In this document: piece by piece, positions 45,348 through 54,426 of the stretch
How positions within the stretch are numbered: position 1 is the first letter of the stretch
How the letters are laid out: the number at the start of each line of letters is the position of its first letter
Virus record (IMG/VR): IMGVR_UViG_3300013137_000002
Span: 1 to 55,088 of that record
Direction: 5' to 3' (one strand)
From: a virus
Lineage: Duplodnaviria > Caudoviricetes
DNA: 55,088 bases
Notes under the pieces: generated by a model
Told to the model about the DNA's origin: nothing
Databases searched by the model: none
The model's input: the letters and a program-made list of their open reading frames with translations, nothing else
Program-made: the position numbers and the translations under genes

Positions 45348-45600
45348 TCCAGCAGACGGATGCGATTCGATATGTTTATACTACAATAAAGAAGATAACG
45401 TGTTTGTTGATGAAGATGGAGACTTTATTGATAATGTTTTCGAAATGATTACTCCTAATGATTTACGATTGTTTCGTGAATATAAAGGATACATGGTTGT
45501 AAGGCATCGAACGTTTCATGAAGTTATTTGTGAATTGCATTATCCGAGCATCGAGGATGAAAACTATTACTTCAGAGATGTTTGTCGTGATTATACTTAA
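45310..45600 (+). CDS. Tandem paralog 3 of 3
   Basis: YNKEDNVFVDEDG.FIDNVFEMITPNDLRLF; start uncertain. Confidence 0.7.
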   Translation: MKKQDCPGVLSIDPADGCDSICLYYNKEDNVFVDEDGDFIDNVFEMITPNDLRLFREYKGYMVVRHRTFHEVICELHYPSIEDENYYFRDVCRDYT

Positions 45601-45613
45601 GGAGGTATTAGCC

Positions 45614-45826
45614 ATGGTTAAAAACATATCAAGAGATGATAGCTGCGTTTGTTGTGGCGAGTACGTTCCTGAGGGTCGTCAGGTATGTCGCTCTTGTGAA
45701 GAAGGGAGGACAAATGTTATGAAAAAACAGGGTTGTTTTGGTATTCTATTTGATTTTATTATGACCATTCTCACCGGTGGTTTTTGGTTAATCTGGGTAC
45801 TCATAAGATATTTGAGGACGCATTAA
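45614..45826 (+). CDS. Zinc-finger segment in frame with a membrane peptide (internal start 45719)
   Basis: CVCCGEYVPEGRQVCRSC, then GGGAGG and ATG MKKQGCFGILFDFIMTILTGGFWLIWVLIRYLRTH. Confidence 0.7.
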   Translation: MVKNISRDDSCVCCGEYVPEGRQVCRSCEEGRTNVMKKQGCFGILFDFIMTILTGGFWLIWVLIRYLRTH

Positions 45827-45848
45827 AAAATGAAAGGAGAATTTCACT

Positions 45849-45959
45849 ATGAAACTTAATTTGTTTGGTCTTATAGTTGTGGATTTAGATTGGAAAGCTG
45901 TAGCTGCTGTATCTCTTGGCGTAACAGCTATAACGGTCTTAAAAATTAAACTTAAATAA
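45849..45959 (+). CDS. 36-aa hydrophobic peptide (not in ORF track)
   Basis: MKLNLFGLIVVDLDWKAVAAVSLGVTAITVLKIKLK; GAAAGGAG RBS. Confidence 0.65.
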   Translation: MKLNLFGLIVVDLDWKAVAAVSLGVTAITVLKIKLK

Positions 45960-45975
45960 TTGGAAGGGGATTGAC

Positions 45976-46245
45976 ATGTTAAAAGCAGAATCTATATTTA
46001 ATCTCTTTTCTGAATTGAAACCAGGACAGTATATAACTTGGCCGGTATACGATGGAACTGATATATTAGAAGCAAAAAGTATGGAAGAGTACGTAAATAC
46101 ATTCTTTAAAACTGGAACATTAATGCCCATTCCGGTTCTTAATTTGGGGTTGGATATTTATTCAGTTCAGGCCGAGTATGATGACGGACATGCTACTCAC
46201 AAAGTAGTAATTGAAGGGTTTATAACAAAACCCAGAAAAAAGTGA
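45976..46245 (+). CDS. Hypothetical protein
   Basis: ORF with GAAGGGG RBS, within a + strand operon. Confidence 0.6.
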   Translation: MLKAESIFNLFSELKPGQYITWPVYDGTDILEAKSMEEYVNTFFKTGTLMPIPVLNLGLDIYSVQAEYDDGHATHKVVIEGFITKPRKK

Positions 46246-46252
46246 GGTTATC

Positions 46253-46459
46253 ATGAATATTAAAGATTTAATCTCAAAAGTTGACATGAGAGATTTGTGT
46301 TGCGATAATGACGTGGTATTGGAGTTTTATTTCAAGGGCGTTATTCCTGTTTGGGCAATGCCACCTCATGTTATGTTTGAAAATTCAATGATGAAAGCTG
46401 TATGTAAGAAGTTACCTATGTTTGGCCTTCTATATGATATGATGCCTAGATATTGGTAA
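46253..46459 (+). CDS. Hypothetical protein
   Basis: ORF with GAGG RBS, tightly packed. Confidence 0.55.
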   Translation: MNIKDLISKVDMRDLCCDNDVVLEFYFKGVIPVWAMPPHVMFENSMMKAVCKKLPMFGLLYDMMPRYW

Positions 46460-46487
46460 ACTATTATCTTGAAAGGGGATAAACACC

Positions 46488-46709
46488 ATGGAACAAAACA
46501 AAATCCCTGTAACTATAAACTGTAATCAGAATGAAGTTGTTGGTGCGATGATTATATTCACTGAGGACTTCGAGAAGACTCTAGTTAATAGTTTTAAAAA
46601 CCACATACCACTTAGACTTGGTGGTATTATTAATTTAAATAATGACAAAATAATTTCTTTATCCATTGGTTTGGATATGAATAATGAGGTAGAAAGGAGA
46701 CAACCATAA
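46488..46709 (+). CDS. Hypothetical protein
   Basis: ORF with GAAAGGGG RBS; stop overlaps the next start. Confidence 0.6.
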   Translation: MEQNKIPVTINCNQNEVVGAMIIFTEDFEKTLVNSFKNHIPLRLGGIINLNNDKIISLSIGLDMNNEVERRQP

Positions 46710-47497
46710 TGTATTACAAATCAGTACTTATTAAACTCGCGATATTTGCAATAGGAGCCGCAACTGGTTTCTTTGCAGCGAAGAAGATATATGAGGAGTA
46801 TTATGCTGCTATTGCTCAGGAGGAAATCGATAGCGTGAAAGAAGCTTTTGAGCATAGGCAAGATATTCGACTCAGAACGCCTTATTCTGAAGACAACGGT
46901 ATGTCTGATGAGGAATATGAAGAAAAAAACATAACAGGAGAAGAATGTTCTGCTTCTGTTAATGAGCGTACAAACCGTAATGCTCTCACTCGTTCGTCGC
47001 TGGATGGTAACCTAAACGAGCAAGCAAAGAGAAACTATAATCTGGTTGGCGCCAAGCACGAAGAGCCTGATGAGAATGAGGTAGTAGAGGAAGGGCCTTT
47101 GACGGACGCTGCTGGCAAAACTGAACAGGAAATGGACTTGACTCAGGTTGATAGAACATTGCCGTATATTATTGATGACAGAGAGTTTACGGAGGAATTT
47201 GACCATCATGATAAGATATCCTTATACTATTACAGAGTAGACGATGTCTTGTGTGATGAGCATGAGGAAGTAATTGAGGATGTTGAAGATAAAGTTGGTT
47301 ATGATGCCCTCGCACAGCTGGATACACAGACCACTGTATGGGTGCGTAATGAGCCTCTCTGCATTGATTACGAGATCATATCTATCAACAAGTCGTTTGC
47401 AGAAGCAGTACACGGGGTAGGTATTGCTGAAAAGAATCTTAGTCCCCGTGAAAGGTATTTAAGGAATCAGAGACGGAGGGAGAATAATGAAGAATAG
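46709..47497 (+). CDS. Acidic protein with N-terminal membrane anchor
   Basis: TM segment; PYIIDDREF...SLYYY..DDVL.D...VWVRN...DYEI. Confidence 0.75.
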   Translation: MYYKSVLIKLAIFAIGAATGFFAAKKIYEEYYAAIAQEEIDSVKEAFEHRQDIRLRTPYSEDNGMSDEEYEEKNITGEECSASVNERTNRNALTRSSLDGNLNEQAKRNYNLVGAKHEEPDENEVVEEGPLTDAAGKTEQEMDLTQVDRTLPYIIDDREFTEEFDHHDKISLYYYRVDDVLCDEHEEVIEDVEDKVGYDALAQLDTQTTVWVRNEPLCIDYEIISINKSFAEAVHGVGIAEKNLSPRERYLRNQRRRENNEE

Positions 47498-48017
47498 ATA
47501 TTTTTCCTTCCTTTGTAATATTGTCGATGCGGACGGTTCTGGCGAGTATGATAAATTAGTCGGCGAATTACATGGGATAGAATTCTATTCGTTGATTCCG
47601 AACGACGATAACAGAGGAGAAGATGGTAAACAACTAAGGCAGAAATTTGTAGATGAGGAGGGGCAACATGCCCTTTCTCAATGCGAAATTGGTGAATGTA
47701 CAGTTCTCGAAATGCTAATTGGGCTATCTTATAGACTTGAATTTGAAACTATGAGCAGTCGTTGGGAAAAAACGCCGGAGGAATGGTTTTGGATATTATT
47801 AGATAATCTGGGTCTCGGTTGGTGTGACAATGAAAGATTCAATCAACTGAGAAATACGGATGAAATACACCAAAAAGTTGGAGTTTTCTTAGATAGGCAT
47901 TATAAAAGTGATGGAAATGGTGGTCTATTTCCGCTAAAAAACCCACGAAAAGACCAAAGAAGAGTCGAAATTTGGTATCAAATGAGTGCTTATATTTTAG
48001 AAAATTATCCGATTTAG
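47487..48017 (+). CDS. Conserved phage hypothetical protein
   Basis: DDNRGEDG..LR...CTVLEMLIGL...GNGGLFPL...EIWYQM. Confidence 0.8.
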   Translation: MKNRYFSFLCNIVDADGSGEYDKLVGELHGIEFYSLIPNDDNRGEDGKQLRQKFVDEEGQHALSQCEIGECTVLEMLIGLSYRLEFETMSSRWEKTPEEWFWILLDNLGLGWCDNERFNQLRNTDEIHQKVGVFLDRHYKSDGNGGLFPLKNPRKDQRRVEIWYQMSAYILENYPI

Positions 48018-48024
48018 GGCCTTT

Positions 48025-48210
48025 TGTTACACTTTACTGTAACAACTGTTACACTTTTGTTACACTTTTAAAAATCCGAAAAGCCTTGATATGACTGGGT
48101 TTGAGGTGGTTTTGTTACACTTGTTACACTTTTTTCTTTAAGACTTTATAAAAAAATAATAAAATATAAAAAGTTTTAAAAGTGGAGTGTAACATGTAAC
48201 AAGTGTAACA
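48025..48210. repeat. Iteron-like repeat cluster, candidate replication origin
   Basis: TGTTACACT at 48025, 48047, 48058, 48113 and 48122; inverted AGTGTAACA at 48186 and 48202; partial TGTAACA at 48038 and 48195; AT-rich spacer 48131-48180. Confidence 0.75.
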
Positions 48211-48241
48211 GATCAAAATGTATTTTGAGAGGAGGGCGCCC

Positions 48242-51200
48242 GTGGATTTCTATCAAATTTCTACAGAACTAACTAAAAATGGTATGAAAATATATCCCGA
48301 CTTCAAAGCTTGTCGTTCGAAAGACTTGATGATTCGCGGGAGATCATTCTATGCAATATGGGACGATGATAAACAGATGTGGTCGACCGACGAATATGAT
48401 GTTCAAAGATTAGTTGACCAAGAGCTTGAAGAATATAGAAAAGAAATACAAAATAAATTTCCAGATAGGATAATCGACGTCAAACGAATGTTAAATTTTT
48501 CTTCTAATATGTGGAAAAACTATAGAGCGTTCGTTAAAGAAATGTCTGATAATTCACGTCAATTGGATAACCATCTTACTTTTTCAAACAGTGATGTTAA
48601 AAAAACAGACTATGTCAGTAGAAGATTACCTTATCCTCTTGAAGAAGGGTCTATTGCTGCTTATAATGAACTTATGAGTATTCTCTATGAGCCTGATGAA
48701 AGAGCGAAACTTGAATGGGCGATTGGAGCCATTGTTGCTGGAGATGCAAAAAATATTCAAAAATTTATTGTATTATATGGTGAGGCTGGCTCTGGTAAAT
48801 CCACATTTCTTAATATTGTGCAAAAATTATTTGAAGGATATTATACCACGTTCGAAGCGAAGGCCTTAACAAGCACGAGTAATTCTTTTGCGACGGAAGT
48901 CTTTCGTTCTAATCCTTTAATAGCCATCCAACATGATGGAGACCTTTCTAAAATTGAGGATAATACAAAGTTGAACTCAATAATATCCCATGAGGAGATG
49001 ACGATGAATGAGAAGTATAAAGCGTCGTATATGGCGCGTTCAAACGCATTTCTTTTTATGGGAACAAATCGCCCAGTTAAGATAACAGATGCTAAGTCCG
49101 GAATTATTAGGAGACTAATTGACGTAAGACCAAGTGGTAATAAAATACCTAGCAAAAGATATCACACATTAATGAGTCAGATAGAGTTTGAGTTAGGAGC
49201 CATAGCATGGCATTGCTTACAACTTTATCATGAGATGGGTAAGAATTACTATGCGAGTTACCGTCCGTTAGAGATGATATTTCAGACCGATGTATTCTTT
49301 AACTTCATTGAGGCGCAGTATCATATTTTTAAAGAGCAAGATGGAGTTAGCCTTTCACAAGCATATGAAATGTATAAGACATATTGTGACGAAGCCCTAG
49401 TTGACTTCAAATTACCTCGTCATAAATTTAGGGAGGAGATGAAATCATATTTTAAGACGTTCTATGACGTAACTCGAATTGATGGTAAGCAAGTTCGTAG
49501 TTATTATGGTGGATTTCTTTCTGATAAGTTTAGCATAATTGAAAATAAAAAAGAGGAAGCACCATATTCCCTCGTGTTAGACGATTCTGTTTCTATTCTT
49601 GATGAGATGTTAGCAGATTGTCCTGCACAATATACTAATGATGAAGAAACACCAGAGAAGAAATGGGATGAAGTAACAACAAAGCTATCAGATATTAATA
49701 CACATGAGCTCCATTATGTTAAAACCCCATTAAATCATATTGTTATTGACTTCGACTTAAAGGATGAAGCCGGTAACAAATCAATGGAAAAGAACCTTGA
49801 AGAAGCAAGTAAATGGCCTACCACTTATGCCGAATTTAGCAAGAGCGGAGCAGGTATTCATCTTCATTATATTTATGATGGGGACGTTCAGAAGCTTAGT
49901 CGCGTTTATGCCGACGGTATTGAAGTTAAGGTATTTACAGGAAAAGCCTCACTAAGAAGAAAACTATCTAAATGCAACAACTCACCAGTTGCTACAATTA
50001 ACAGTGGCCTTCCCTTGAAAGGAGAAAAAATGATTAATTTTGATGTGGTTCAAAGTGAAAAAGGGTTAAGAGCCCTAATTACTAGAAATCTTAACAAAGA
50101 GATTCATCCTGGAACGAAACCTAGCATTGACTTTATCCATAAAATATTAGAAGATGCGTATAAGTCTGGGATGAGTTATGATGTAACAGATTTGCGCCCG
50201 AAGATTTTAGCTTTTGCAAATAATTCGTCACATCAAGCAGATTACTGTATTAAATTGGTTCAAAAGATGAAGTTTGCATCAGAAGAACCAAGCGATGTTC
50301 CTGGGGAGTATCAAAGTGATGATCTTATATTCTATGATGTCGAAGTATTTCCAAATTTATTTATAATTGTTTGGAAAAGAGAAGGCGGCATTAAAGTTAA
50401 GATGATTAACCCGGCACCAAAAGATGTTGAAGAATTGATGAAATTTAAACTTGTTGGTTTTAATTGCCGTAGGTATGATAATCATATCTTATATGCTCGT
50501 TATGTAGGATATGATAACAAACAACTCTTTGATCTAAGCCAAAAAATTATAGGTGAAAGCAGAAATTGTCTATTTGGAGAAGCTTATAATATATCCTATA
50601 CAGATGTTTATGATTTCTCTTCGAAGAAGCAAAGTCTTAAGAAGTTTGAGATTGAGCTCGGAATTCACCATCAAGAACTTGGTCTTCCCTGGGAACAACC
50701 AGTTCCAGAAGAATTATGGGATAAAGTTGCGGACTATTGCGGAAATGATGTTGATGCAACAGAGGCGGTATTCCATGATAGAAAGCAAGACTTTATAGCA
50801 AGACTCATATTAGCAGATTTAAGTGGTCTCACTCCAAATGACACAACGCAGATGCACACAGCCAAGATTATCTTTGGAAACGACAAGAGGCCACAAGATA
50901 AGTTTATTTATACTGATTTGTCGAAAGAGTTTCCTGGATATGCATTTGAGAACGGAAAGAGTACTTATTGGGGCGAAGAGACAGGAGAAGGTGGATATGT
51001 TTATGCTGAACCCGGTATGTATTCTAATGTGGCTGTTCTTGACGTCGCATCAATGCACCCAACAAGTGCGATTGAGATGAACATATTTGGCCCATATACT
51101 AAGAATTACAAGGAACTTCTTGATGCTCGTATTGCTATTAAACATAAAGATTATGATAGAGCTAGAGGAATGCTTGGTGGAATACTATCTAATTATTTAA

Positions 51201-52174
51201 CAAGTGATGGTGATTCGGGAGCATTATCTTATGCCTTGAAGATTGTTATCAATATTGTTTATGGCTTGACATCGGCGAAGTTTGAGAACAAATTCAAAGA
51301 TCCACGTAATAAAGATAACATTGTTGCAAAGCGTGGGGCATTGTTTATGATTTCATTGAAACACGCCGTCGAAGAACAAGGATTTAGTGTTATTCATATT
51401 AAAACAGACTCGATTAAAATACCAAATGCAACAAATGAAATTATAGGTTTTGTTATGGAGTTTGGTAAACAGTATGGATATACATTTGAACATGAATCCA
51501 CATATGATAGAATGTGTCTTGTAAACGATGCTGTATATATTGCCCGATATTCAACATCAGAGAAATGTGAAGAACTTTATGGATATGTTCCAAGTGAGGT
51601 TAAGAAACATCCTGGTGAGTGGACAGCAACCGGAGCACAGTTTGCTCAACCATATGTATTTAAGTCTTTGTTCTCTCATGAAACAATAACGTTTGAAGAC
51701 ATGTTCGAGACGAAGACAGTTACCGTTGGAGCATTATATTTAGATATGAATGAATCGCTTTCAGAAGACGAACATGATTATCATTTTGTTGGAAAGGCAG
51801 GGGCATTCTGTCCCGTTCGTTCTGGTTGTAGTGGTGGAATGTTACTTCGGGTAAGTGATGATAAGTATTATGCGGCAACTGGTAGTAAAGGTTATCGTTG
51901 GCTTGAAGCGGAAATGATTAAGGCATTAGGAAGACAAAATGATATAGACCGCGATTATTACAACGCTTTAGTTGACGCTGCAGTAGACAGCATTTCAAAA
52001 TTTGGAGATGTGGAATGGTTTATGTCTAACTCTGAAAAACCAAAACCACAAAGGGATGTTCCTCCATGGCAAATGGAGTGTGGTAAGGATGATTGTTATA
52101 ATTGTCCTAATTGGATAACAAATACCGGGACCGAAAATAAATGCAAATTGGGCTATGAAGCTCAACCATTTTGA
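48242..52174 (+). CDS. SF3 helicase-primase-DNA polymerase fusion
   Basis: Walker A GEAGSGKST; AEP-like DFDLKD and SKSGAGIHLHY; exonuclease DVEVF, GFN.RRYD, YCGNDV; PolB-like DVASMHP, KIVINIVYG, KTDS. GTG start after GAGGAGG. Confidence 0.9.
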   Translation: MDFYQISTELTKNGMKIYPDFKACRSKDLMIRGRSFYAIWDDDKQMWSTDEYDVQRLVDQELEEYRKEIQNKFPDRIIDVKRMLNFSSNMWKNYRAFVKEMSDNSRQLDNHLTFSNSDVKKTDYVSRRLPYPLEEGSIAAYNELMSILYEPDERAKLEWAIGAIVAGDAKNIQKFIVLYGEAGSGKSTFLNIVQKLFEGYYTTFEAKALTSTSNSFATEVFRSNPLIAIQHDGDLSKIEDNTKLNSIISHEEMTMNEKYKASYMARSNAFLFMGTNRPVKITDAKSGIIRRLIDVRPSGNKIPSKRYHTLMSQIEFELGAIAWHCLQLYHEMGKNYYASYRPLEMIFQTDVFFNFIEAQYHIFKEQDGVSLSQAYEMYKTYCDEALVDFKLPRHKFREEMKSYFKTFYDVTRIDGKQVRSYYGGFLSDKFSIIENKKEEAPYSLVLDDSVSILDEMLADCPAQYTNDEETPEKKWDEVTTKLSDINTHELHYVKTPLNHIVIDFDLKDEAGNKSMEKNLEEASKWPTTYAEFSKSGAGIHLHYIYDGDVQKLSRVYADGIEVKVFTGKASLRRKLSKCNNSPVATINSGLPLKGEKMINFDVVQSEKGLRALITRNLNKEIHPGTKPSIDFIHKILEDAYKSGMSYDVTDLRPKILAFANNSSHQADYCIKLVQKMKFASEEPSDVPGEYQSDDLIFYDVEVFPNLFIIVWKREGGIKVKMINPAPKDVEELMKFKLVGFNCRRYDNHILYARYVGYDNKQLFDLSQKIIGESRNCLFGEAYNISYTDVYDFSSKKQSLKKFEIELGIHHQELGLPWEQPVPEELWDKVADYCGNDVDATEAVFHDRKQDFIARLILADLSGLTPNDTTQMHTAKIIFGNDKRPQDKFIYTDLSKEFPGYAFENGKSTYWGEETGEGGYVYAEPGMYSNVAVLDVASMHPTSAIEMNIFGPYTKNYKELLDARIAIKHKDYDRARGMLGGILSNYLTSDGDSGALSYALKIVINIVYGLTSAKFENKFKDPRNKDNIVAKRGALFMISLKHAVEEQGFSVIHIKTDSIKIPNATNEIIGFVMEFGKQYGYTFEHESTYDRMCLVNDAVYIARYSTSEKCEELYGYVPSEVKKHPGEWTATGAQFAQPYVFKSLFSHETITFEDMFETKTVTVGALYLDMNESLSEDEHDYHFVGKAGAFCPVRSGCSGGMLLRVSDDKYYAATGSKGYRWLEAEMIKALGRQNDIDRDYYNALVDAAVDSISKFGDVEWFMSNSEKPKPQRDVPPWQMECGKDDCYNCPNWITNTGTENKCKLGYEAQPF

Positions 52175-52188
52175 AAGGAGAAAAGATT

Positions 52189-52731
52189 ATGATAAAAAGT
52201 AATATTGCAATTGAAAACGCCAGAATAGGTTTTCGTAATTTTAGCGGGAAAGCAGGTAAGTTCAATCCAGAAGGGAGACGTAACTTCTGCGTCTTCCTCG
52301 AAGAGGACTTAGCAAAAACTTTAGAGATGGATGGATGGAATGTTCGTTGGCTTCAACCACGTGATGAGAACGAAGCGCCACAAGGATATTTGCAGGTAGC
52401 GGTCAGTTATGATAATATTCCTCCAAAAATTATCATGATCTCAAGTAAAGGTAAGACAGTCATGGATGACGAGTCTATTGGTATTATGGATTGGGCAGAA
52501 ATTGCAGAAATCGATCTTATTATCCGTCCGTATAATTGGACACTTCATGAAGGAACAAAGAATCAAAAGAGTGGAGTAAAGGCCTATGTAAAATCGATGT
52601 ATGTTACCATTGCTGAAGATGAGTTTGAAAAGAAATATTATGATGTTCCTGATAGTGCTTCTGATGCAATTGGTGGTTGTGGTAATTGTGAAGCTTGTGA
52701 TGGAAGCTGTAAAGAACATCATCACGAGTAA
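52189..52731 (+). CDS. Single-stranded DNA-binding protein
   Basis: ENARIGFRNFSG...NFCV...DLIIRPYNW...GVKAYVKSMYVT; acidic and Cys-containing tail. Confidence 0.7.
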   Translation: MIKSNIAIENARIGFRNFSGKAGKFNPEGRRNFCVFLEEDLAKTLEMDGWNVRWLQPRDENEAPQGYLQVAVSYDNIPPKIIMISSKGKTVMDDESIGIMDWAEIAEIDLIIRPYNWTLHEGTKNQKSGVKAYVKSMYVTIAEDEFEKKYYDVPDSASDAIGGCGNCEACDGSCKEHHHE

Positions 52732-52797
52732 AACAAAAAGCTGTGCTATCGGCTTAACGGGCAATTCTCTTTTGAAAGGAGGCGACATAATTCACCA

Positions 52798-54021
52798 ATG
52801 GCTATAAATTTATATGAACATCAACGTGATGCAGTTGAAAAACTTAAGAATGGGAATATTTTGGTTGGAGGAGTCGGCTCTGGAAAATCTATAACGGCTC
52901 TTGCTTATTACTATATAAAAGAATGTGAAGGTAAGATCAAAACAAATGGCGAGAGCGGATATTCTCCAATGAAAAAACCAAAAGATTTATACATTATAAC
53001 AACTGCTCGAAAAAGGGATACTCTTGAATGGGAAAAAGAATGTGCTCCGTTTTTACTATTTACAAAAAAAGAGAAAAGTATAAATGGTGTCAGCGTAGTT
53101 ATCGATTCGTGGAACAATATTAGTAAGTATGCTAATGTTAAAAATGCTTTCTTCATATTTGACGAGCAAAGAGTTATAGGTAATGGTACTTGGGTTAAAT
53201 CATTTCTCAAGATTACAAAAAATAATGGATGGATTTTATTAAGTGCAACACCTGGAGACACTTGGATGGATTATATTCCAGTATTCATAGCAAATGGATG
53301 GTATAAAAATAGAACAGAATTCATTCGTCGACATGTCGTTTATAGTAACTTTACAAAGTATCCAAAAATAGATCATTTCATCGAAGTTACAAGACTGGCT
53401 AAACTTCGTGAAGCGGTTATCGTTAATATGCATTATAAAAAGCGTACCACAGCTTACGACAAATCAATTCAAGTAGGATTTGATAGAGAATTATTTAATA
53501 CAGTCATGATTAAACGCTGGAATGTTTATGAACAACGCCCAATCAAAGATGTTAGTGAACTCTGTTATCTTATGAGAAAAGTTGTTAATAGTGACCAGAG
53601 AAGAGTAGACACCGTAAGTCAACTTCTCGAGAAACATCCGAAAGTAATAGTTTTCTACAATTTTAATTATGAAAGAGATCTACTTCTTCAACTCGGAGAA
53701 AAATTAAAGATTCCGACTGCACAATGGAATGGACATAAACATGAACCAATACCAAATACTGAAAACTGGTTATATATTGTTCAGTATACAGCAGGAGCAG
53801 AAGGATGGAATTGTATCGAAACAGATACCATCATATTCTACTCTCAAAATTACTCATACAAAGCAACTATTCAAGCCGCTGGTCGAATTGATAGATTGAA
53901 CACGCCATTCACTAATCTCTATTATTACTATTTGCGTTCAAATTCTATTATTGATCTAGCTATTCAAAAAGCTTTTAATAATAAACGGGATTTCAATGAA
54001 CATAGATTTATGGCTGCTTAA
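52798..54021 (+). CDS. SF2 (SNF2/DEAD-like) helicase
   Basis: LYEHQ, GGVGSGKS, FDEQ, LSATP, QAAGRIDR. Confidence 0.9.
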   Translation: MAINLYEHQRDAVEKLKNGNILVGGVGSGKSITALAYYYIKECEGKIKTNGESGYSPMKKPKDLYIITTARKRDTLEWEKECAPFLLFTKKEKSINGVSVVIDSWNNISKYANVKNAFFIFDEQRVIGNGTWVKSFLKITKNNGWILLSATPGDTWMDYIPVFIANGWYKNRTEFIRRHVVYSNFTKYPKIDHFIEVTRLAKLREAVIVNMHYKKRTTAYDKSIQVGFDRELFNTVMIKRWNVYEQRPIKDVSELCYLMRKVVNSDQRRVDTVSQLLEKHPKVIVFYNFNYERDLLLQLGEKLKIPTAQWNGHKHEPIPNTENWLYIVQYTAGAEGWNCIETDTIIFYSQNYSYKATIQAAGRIDRLNTPFTNLYYYYLRSNSIIDLAIQKAFNNKRDFNEHRFMAA

Positions 54022-54105
54022 TTTTTTATCGCGTCAAAAACATAGCCTCTAATAGAAGAGGAGTAGAAAATCGCTCTTCTATTTTTTGGAAAGGAGGCCG
54101 TTCAG

Positions 54106-54426
54106 ATGGCTAGAGAGTCTAAATTTCAATCAGAGTTAATTGAAGATCTTAAAGATCTTTTTCCTGGTTGTATGGTTCTCAAAAATGATGCGAACTATAT
54201 TCAAGGAATCCCCGACCTTTTGATTTTATATCAAAATACCTGGGCGGCTTTAGAATGTAAAAGAAGTCTTTATGAACCATATCAACCAAATCAGGAATAT
54301 TATCTTGAGATTATGGATGACATGTCTTTTGCTTCTATGATTTGTCCAGAAAACAGAGAGGCGGTTTTATATGAACTTCAACAATCATTCTCGGTTAGAA
54401 GGCTTGCACGCTTTTCTAAGCGCTAG
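54106..54426 (+). CDS. VRR-NUC nuclease (Holliday junction resolvase-like)
   Basis: ESKFQ...GIPDLLIL...ALECK...PNQ. Confidence 0.85.
   Translation: MARESKFQSELIEDLKDLFPGCMVLKNDANYIQGIPDLLILYQNTWAALECKRSLYEPYQPNQEYYLEIMDDMSFASMICPENREAVLYELQQSFSVRRLARFSKR

Larger units (their letters stand above)
29582..54056 (+). promoter_or_regulatory. Dispersed phage-specific promoter motif TCGC-N7-AC-N6-TNTA(A/G)T-(GAA), 19 copies
   Basis: Exact-spacing copies start at 29582, 30703, 30889, 31118, 31555, 31913, 32392, 32692, 32913, 33240, 33431, 35519, 38899, 39885, 43555 and 54029. Variants at 30661, 33619 and 43037. All on the + strand, at gene boundaries upstream of an RBS or RNA. Confidence 0.85.
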
